This document shows positions 57,901-64,000 of a stretch of 64,000 bases of DNA, one piece after another. Position 1 is the stretch's first letter. Every line of letters begins with the position of its first letter. This stretch comes from Macrostomum hystrix. Taxonomy: Eukaryota; Animalia; Platyhelminthes. Position numbers and translations under genes: made by a program. The notes beneath the pieces are model-generated. The model did not search any database, was not told the origin of the DNA, and saw nothing but the letters and a program-made list of their open reading frames with translations. The DNA lies in the NCBI GenBank assembly GCA_950097015.1, contig CATNEN010000032.1, positions 372,001 through 436,000 of the forward strand, written 5' to 3'.

Positions 57901-60697
57901 AAAGGCCGAATGGACTTATTTGTCACCTCTTTCCATTAGGAGAAATCTAGATGCCTCGCAATCATTCCCAATCCCTAATCCCTATTTACGCATGACCACT
58001 CTCACCCGGTAATAATTGACAATTGTTCGTTTAACGATAAAATTTGTGAGATGAGGGTGGGCGAGGTCACTCTAGGGAAGTCCGTTAAATCGATATTATA
58101 AATTTCGATGGTCTAGTGAAAATAAATACTTGTTCATTGTATTCTCTCATCTTATCCGTATCACATCTCCTTTAATACGAGTTATCACTCCCTGTCTCAT
58201 TTCTCTACTGTCTCATCTCTCCCCTGTCTCATCTCTCCCCTGTCGCATCTCTCCCCTGTCTCATATCTTTCCTGTCTCACCTCTCCCCTGTCCTATCTCT
58301 CCCCTGTCGCATCTCTTTCCTGTACCACCCCTCCCCTGTCTCATATCTTTCCTGTCTCATATCTCCCCTGTTTCATCTCTCCCCTGTCTCATCTCTCTTT
58401 TTTTCTCTCCTGCCTCCTTCTCATGTTAGTAAGAGTGAGAGTTAAAATGAGAGGGAAAGCGAGGGTGAGAGTGGTAAGACGGAACTTAAAAAGTTAGGAC
58501 AGAAAAAAGAATGTAAGGTTAGTTGAATGCCCTTGAATTCGAGTATGCTAGGAAAGCTGGGAACGCGCATGCTTTAAGGAATTAATGACTGCATAGGCCT
58601 GACTCACCTGACATTTGAGGGATCTGGAGAGTTTGAGAAGCCTCTCTAGAATGAATGAAGTTCTGATAAAAAAATCCGAATAATTGATTGGAAATGACAG
58701 GCATCTGTCAATTGAGTCTTGCCTGCCCACAGACCATACTAACAAAGCGATCAAATTTTAAAGAATAAAATAACTTCGATTTATAATTTCATCCTTCGCT
58801 GACAAAAATAGCTGATCAAGTCAATCAGCCCGTAATAATAAAGTCATTCTAGCGAAACCTGTGATATCGCTTTAGCGAAATTGCGACTGAAAATACGACA
58901 GAAAAAATCCCAGACTGACTGAATAAAACGGGCACAGATCAGTGTTTTAGATAGGGCCCCAATCACTTATTTAAGGCTATTTTTAATTCTACTCGTAATA
59001 GTAGTAGGGATTTTGAATCTCGCTATGGGAATATTCATCCTACGCCAACCTCCCAGCCGGCCCTTCATCGTTTTACCAGATCCCACGATTTGATATTTCT
59101 CTCTCAACCTACATCCTATAGGTTTGCCCGTCAGGTGGCAAAATAACCTCATTAGAAAGCTGCTGCCGCTGCTGCCGCTGCTTCTGTCTATAAGAATCAT
59201 GCAGATGAAGTGGTCAGCAGTCTATTGGTTCGATTTGGGTCAGCCAAACCTGTGGAAGAAGCAGAAATAGAAGGCCGCCAAAGTCTGGAAACGTGCCACT
59301 TGGGGAGGGGGGCAGAATTCAAAGTCCCAAACTACTATTTCGATAAGCGATCAAAGAAGATTCAACAAATTCAGAAGGGAAGATGACTAGGAAGTGTCTT
59401 GAAAAAGTTTGGAAGAATTATTATTATTTTTGCTCTCTCTCTGCGTCCGACGTGCCTAGAGGCAGATCAGTCAACAGACTTTCGCTTCTTGTCCTAATTG
59501 CGTAACTTTTAACTGAAAAATGGTCAAGAGCTTTTTCGTGCCTTGGCTTGCCGCTCTGGGCATAATTTTAAGAACTAATTTTAGTATCACCAGAAATGCA
59601 AAGTATGGGCATTCGCAAATTGTGTCCAAACGGCTGAAACTGTGTCACTTAGCGTGTCAACTGCTCCAAAATGTGTCCGAAATGAGTCAGAAAATGCGTC
59701 AATAAGATAATCGAATGAGTCAGAAAATGTGTCAGTAAGAGAATCGAATGAGTCAGAAAATGTGTCAGTAAGAGAACCGAATTAGTCAGAAAATGTGTCA
59801 GTAAGAGAATCGAATGAGTCAGAAAAATGTGTCAGTAAGAGAACCGAATGAGTCAGAAAATGCGTCAATAAGAGAATCGAATGAGACAGAAAATGTGTCA
59901 GTAAGAGAACCGAATGAGTCAGAAAATGTGTCAATAAGAGAATCGAATGAGTCAGAAAATGTGTCAATAAGAGAACCGAATGAGTCAGAAAATGTGTCAG
60001 TAAGAGAATCGAATGAGTCAGAAAATGTGTCAGTAAGAGAATCGAATGAGTCAGAAAATGTGTCAGTAAGAGAACCGAATGAGTCAGAAAATGTGTCAGT
60101 AAGAGAATCGAATGAGTCAGAAAATTTGTCAGTAAGAGAATCGAATGAGTCAGAAAATGTGTCAGTAAGAGAACCGAATGAGTCAGAAAATGTGACATTA
60201 GGACAACCGAATGAGTCAGAAAATGTGTCAGTAAGAGAACCGAATGAGTCAGAAAATGTGTCAGTAAGAGAACCGAATGAGTCAGAAAATTTTTCAGTAA
60301 GAGAATCGAATGAGTCAGAAAATAAATCATTAGGAGAATCGAATGAGTCAGAAAATGTGTCAGAAAGAGAATCGAATGAGTCAGAAAATGTGTCAGTAAG
60401 AGAACCGAGTTATTCAGAAAATGTGTCAGTAAGAGAATCGAATGAGTCATAAAGTTTGTCAGTAAGAGAACCGAATGAGTCAGAAAATAAATCATTAGGA
60501 GAAACGAAAAAAAAATGAAAGGGGAATTTATTGTTCTTGTAAATATATAATAAAAAATATATTTATAATCTGTGAATGTAGCAAGTTAATAATCACTTAC
60601 CGCTGACACAAGCGCTCCAGTCACAAAAGTACAACGTGAGCAGCAGCAGCAGCAGCAGCCGGCGCAGCAGGGCGTCTTGACGCAGCCATTTACTCAT
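39906..60697 (-). CDS. Nephrin/echinoid-like Ig-superfamily single-pass receptor (SP, 7 Ig, FN3, FN3-like, TM, cytoplasmic tail), 12 exons, 1120 aa
   Basis: Exons (minus strand): 60601-60697, 53358-53708, 49010-49351, 48733-48861, 47636-48096, 46794-47329, 46474-46595, 46110-46399, 45394-45840, 44912-45065, 40411-40582, 39906-40167; total 3363 nt, all phases compatible. Ig motifs C...W...DxGxYxC, GGNPPARIDW, FN3 WRPGFDGG, TM LTIAIVAAGCGILILCLLLVLIFFCC. Linking the signal-peptide exon is inferred from phase and position. Confidence 0.85.
40930..41225 (-). mobile_element. CORE-type tRNA-derived SINE (family 1), second full copy
   Basis: Collinear with 11760-12064 across head, CORE and tail. 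Confidence 0.87.
42200..43290 (+). repeat. Polypyrimidine about 22-bp minisatellite (CCTTCCCTCCCTTCACTCTCTC)
   Basis: Almost purely C/T tandem array. Confidence 0.95.
43915..44450 (-). repeat. Polypurine array (GAGAGAGTGAAGGGAGGGAAGG), inverted copy of the 42200-43290 family
   Basis: The unit is the reverse complement of the upstream unit. Confidence 0.95.
44534..44589 (+). other. tRNA-like fragment (A box, TTT anticodon-like loop, B box); SINE head or tRNA-Lys-like pseudogene
   Basis: CGTAGCCCATTGGTTAGAGCTTTGACTTTTGACTGAAGGGTCGGGAGTTCAATTCC; no acceptor stem visible. Confidence 0.5.
44592..44865 (-). mobile_element. SINE family 2, 5'-truncated copy
   Basis: Reverse match to the body and tail of 6280-6545 and 51580-51812. 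Confidence 0.82.
45150..45294 (-). mobile_element. SINE family 2, head plus short body with (ATT)n end
   Basis: The minus strand reads GGGGTCGGTGGCAGAGCGGTTAACGCG...AGCTCGATTCC...GGGGGCTTGTCGTGCAATTATTATT. Confidence 0.8.
47415..47590. repeat. 23-bp minisatellite (GAATCTCGGGGAATCCTTCTCAA)
   Basis: About 7 units in the intron between Ig-gene exons 5 and 6. Confidence 0.85.
48140..48672. repeat. 20-bp minisatellite (TGGTCATTCCACTGCCTCTC)
   Basis: Tandem units in Ig-gene intron 4. Confidence 0.93.
49385..50390. repeat. 20-22-bp minisatellite (TTAGCCTGTCACACTCTCCA)
   Basis: Tandem units beginning about 30 nt from the acceptor at 49352-49353. Confidence 0.95.
51043..51472 (-). repeat. Degenerate copy of the 37-bp minisatellite family (reverse orientation), continuing at 51825-51862 after a SINE
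   Basis: GAATGGATTGCTAATCTATCCCATGGGTGAAGGA is the reverse complement of the 17980-19951 unit. Confidence 0.88.
51480..51812 (+). mobile_element. SINE family 2, full length, inserted in the 37-bp array
   Basis: A box TGGCAGAGCGG, B-box-like AGCTCGTTTCC, shared body and tail. Confidence 0.85.
52690..53350. repeat. 13-bp minisatellite (TACAGACACCCGA) abutting the donor of Ig-gene exon 2
   Basis: Tandem units start immediately after the GTGAGCC donor (minus strand). Confidence 0.93.
53738..53825. repeat. 16-bp repeat (TTGATTGATTGACTGG) and ATTG microsatellite
   Basis: About 5 units followed by a degenerate ATTG tract. Confidence 0.8.
54778..54925. repeat. 17-bp minisatellite (AAAGTTTCGTAGAAACA)
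   Basis: About 8-9 units. Confidence 0.9.
56495..57320. repeat. 16-bp minisatellite (CTCATCTCTCCCCTGT), second locus
   Basis: Same unit as 27800-28400. Confidence 0.93.
58190..58400. repeat. Degenerate 16-bp CTCATCTCTCCCCTGT array, third locus
   Basis: Imperfect units. Confidence 0.8.
59680..60495. repeat. 33-bp minisatellite (GAATGAGTCAGAAAATGTGTCAGTAAGAGAATC), about 24 units
   Basis: Tandem units ending about 100 nt from the donor of the signal-peptide exon. Confidence 0.95.
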
Positions 60698-61299
60698 GAT
60701 TTGCTGTAGCTGCAATACTTACCGTTTTATTTCTGAAAAAAGCAAGGTGTGAATCTCGGTTGAGCATTGTGAATGGATTGCTCAGAAACTGCTAATTGAT
60801 CAATTTTTTTTCTAGGCAGACACTAGAAACACACTTTAGTTCCAACACTTAATTATGGACACCCAAACCAATATTAACCTGCCAGGTGGGAATTAAGAGG
60901 CATGGCCTATCACTGTGGTTGGTTATTTTTTACATAAAGCGGTGGGTTGCCTAGACATTAACTTAATTAGTGGCCGAAAAATTAGTTGAAAGCTTAGGCC
61001 ATATTTCATTTCTGTTCTTTAGTTGGATTGGTAAATGCAACATTGCTTTAAATTGCGCACTGAACGAAAAACCTACCAGTTTTGCTTAGTTTTAAGCCCC
61101 CCCTGGTGTTTGAATTGGACCCAAATGACTTGTGGGACTTAGATTTTAACAATTGGGATTTGGTACAAAGATTTTCCTAAATTGAGTTTAACTACTTGCG
61201 GCTAATGTCATTTCGAGAATGCGACTACGGAATTTCAAAAGTTACATTTCAAGAGTGATACAGAATCTGAGAGTGGGACAATGGGATTTACAGGGTGGG

Positions 61300-62085
61300 A
61301 CTAAGGGATTAAAATAGTGGGACTATGGGATTCCACGATTAGGACTTTAAGAACGGGACAAAGGGATTTCAAGAGTGGGACTGAGGGATTTCAAGAGGGG
61401 GACTGAGGGATTTCAAGATTGGACTGAGGGATTTCAAGAGTGGGACTGAGGGATTTCAAGAGGGGGACTGAGGGATTTCAAGATTGGACTGAGGGATTTC
61501 AAGAGTGGGACTGAGGGATTTCAAGAGTGGGACTGAGGGATTTCAAGAGTGGGACTGAGGGATTTCAAGAGTGGGACTAAGGGATTTCAAGAGTGGGACT
61601 GAGGGATTTCAAGAGTGGGACTGAGGGATTTCAAGAGTGGGACTGAGGGATTTCAAGAGTGGGACTGAGGGATTTCAAGAGTGGGACTGAGGGATTTCAA
61701 GAGTGGGACTGAGGGATTTCAAGAGTGGGACTGAGGGATTTCAAGAGTGGGACTGAGGGATTTCAAGAGTGGGACTGAGGGATTTCAAGAGTGGGAGTAA
61801 GGGATTTCAAAAGTGGGAGTAAGGGATTTCAAGAGTGGGAGTGAGGGATTTCAAGAGTGGGACTGAGGGATTTCAAGAGTGGGACTGAGGGATTTCAAGA
61901 GTGGGACTGAGGGATTTCAAGAGTGGGAGTGAGGGATTTCAAGAGTGGGACTGAGGGATTTCAAGAGTGGGACTGAGGGATTTCAAGAGTGGGACTGAGG
62001 GATTTCAAGAGTGGGACTAAGGGATTTCAAGAGTGGGACTAAGGGATTTCAAGAGTGGACTAAGGGATTTCAAGAGTGGGACTTA
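61300..62085. repeat. 22-bp minisatellite (GGGATTTCAAGAGTGGGACTGA)
   Basis: About 33 tandem units upstream of the Ig gene. Confidence 0.95.
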
Positions 62086-63164
62086 ATATCTCGAAATTTC
62101 TTTCACGGAGCTCGACAGTCGGACTGAGGGTTTTAAGAATGAAACTTTAGGGGGTGTTTAATGGGTTTTGGAATAAAAAGTGGATATTTAGTGCTTTGTA
62201 TCTCAAATTATCTGGAATATATAGAATTAATAGAATAGAATCTATTAAAGGGACTCGGTGTCTAAAAAACGTTACTAAGGAATCTCTAGGGCCAAAATCA
62301 AGACCGAACCTGCTGTAAATTTCCTATAGTTTCCCAGTGTCGAGTTTTCCAAGAAACGGGTCCTCCGTCTCCACGCGTGGGAGCCGTTTCCATCTGCTGA
62401 CTGCTCTATTTTTAAAGTGCCGCCGAATTATTCGTAAATTCGGCACTGGCCCGTAAAAAAACAATTTGGAATTCTACGCAAAGAAGCTGGCCTGCTCCCT
62501 AGGGCAGGCGAGAATTCCCAAATGATTGGCCTCTCGAAAAGAAGAAAAAATGGGAAACGATTCAATGAAAGCCTCTGGCGCACTTTCTAACATGCAGATT
62601 CCCTCAGAAAGAAAACTAATAATTGGGATAATTAAATACTATGCGTGGGGAGTTTTCCCTATTCGAGAATTGCACTTCATTCTCGGGCGACCGAATGCAG
62701 GCAACAAAAATAGATTGAAACTGCAGTTTTTTACTAACAATTTGCTCAAAAGATAGAGCTCGACTGAGAAGTGAGATAATTTTTGCGCTCTCTTTTAGGG
62801 GAAAATTTTTTTCACTTTCCAAGCCTTTGTGTTTCTGAACGTGAGTTTGTTTCTGTCGAAAGTATTGGATGAAAGATTTGTTATGCAAGTAATATTATAT
62901 ATACTGGCAACTCACCTCAGTCGCTACACCCCCCCAATTCCTAAATGATTCTGTTCTCTCTGAGCTTGTGTGCGTGTTGAAAACTGAGAGCTGGGCTGCT
63001 GCATCACCAGAGGCCTCCCTAAAATAATATGACCCTTCTCATACAACCCCACTCCCTTCTGCTTCAATCCAACATTTCCCCTGCTATTCTCTCCACTTTC
63101 TTCCCGTTTTGCGTTAGAATTTCTCGTTTCTATTTCTCATTTCCATTTATATGACTCTCCATCA

Positions 63165-63755
63165 CACCCTCTCCTCTCCTCTCCTCTCTTCTTCTCTCTT
63201 ATCCTCTCCTCACCACTCCTCTCCTCTCCTCTCCTTTCCTCTCCTCGCCTCTCTTCTCCTCTCCTCTCCTCTCCTCTCTTCTCCTCTCCTCTCCTCTCCT
63301 CTCCTCTCCTCTCCTCTCCTCTCCTCTCTTCTCTCCTCACCTCTCCTCTCCTCTCCTGTCCTCTCTTCTTCTCTCCTATCCTCTCCTCACCACTCCTCTC
63401 CTCTCTTCTCCTCTCCTCTCCTCTCCTCTCTTCTCTTCTCGTCTTCTCCACTCTTCTCTTTTCCTCTCTCCTCTCCTCTCCTCTCCTCTCGTCTCTTCTC
63501 TTCTCGTCTTCTCCACTCTTCTCTTTTCCTCTCTCCTCTCCTCTTCTCTCCTCTCCTCTCCTCTCCTCTCCTCTCCTCTCCTCTCCTCTCCTCTCCTCAC
63601 CTCACCTCTCCTCTCCTCTCCTCTCCTCACCTCTCCTCTCTTCTCGTCTTCTCCACTCTTCTCTTTTCATCTCTCCTCTCCTCTCCTCTCCTCTCCTCTC
63701 CTCTCCACTCCACTTCTCTCCTCTCCTCTTCTCTCCTCTCCTCTTCTCTTCTCTA
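63165..63755. repeat. (CTCCT)n microsatellite / low-complexity tract
   Basis: Almost purely C/T pentamer repeats. Confidence 0.95.
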
Positions 63756-64000
63756 CTTTACTTTCTAAACAACAAGTAATCTTGCTTTATTAATTTTCCA
63801 ATTTTTCTCAAACAGCATTGTCCCTAAAAAAACTTTCATTTCTCCAATGGGATCTTGACACGGGCTGCTAAGTATTTATTCAGACTTGACGCGTGTCTCA
63901 AGTACTCAATAATCGGCTCAGATACGAAAGCTTGTGTTGACGTTTCGAGTTTTTATGCTCATAAGGCCACAAAAACGATAGCTGAGGAGCTCTTGTCGCA

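Noticed and set aside
59814-60452. Mucin-like NESENVS repeat protein
   Set aside because: Antisense to the Ig gene intron, no signal peptide or splice sites; it is a 33-bp array translation.
61300-62085. NF-kB site array upstream of the Ig gene
   Set aside because: GGGATTTCAA lacks the terminal CC of the kB consensus.

Overview
Eukaryotic (animal) genomic DNA with GC-rich exons, AT-rich introns and very many minisatellites. The style suggests a free-living flatworm such as Macrostomum, but that is inference only. By hand-splicing I find five protein-coding loci. (1) The first exon of a secreted GH13 alpha-glucosidase (-, runs off the window). (2) An intronless somatostatin/allatostatin-C/opioid-like peptide GPCR (+). 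(3) A complete 12-exon SMC2 condensin gene (-, 1176 aa). (4) A DENND1/connecdenn-like Rab GEF, head-to-head with SMC2 (+, 5 coding exons, 642 aa). (5) A 12-exon nephrin/echinoid-like Ig-superfamily receptor (-, 1120 aa, 7 Ig + FN3 + FN3-like + TM) with one GC-AG intron. The non-coding DNA holds two tRNA-derived SINE families (one CORE-type), a 303-bp solo LTR with a 5-bp TSD, MITE-like elements and about 25 minisatellite arrays with 13-48 bp units. The most interesting signals concern how the repeats arise and what they might do. Arrays sit flush against splice sites, two are seeded from SINE sequence, three loci have inverted (foldback) array pairs, and several arrays multiply TF-like motifs (AP-1, GATA, E-box) next to genes. 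No prokaryotic-type system or CRISPR array is supported.
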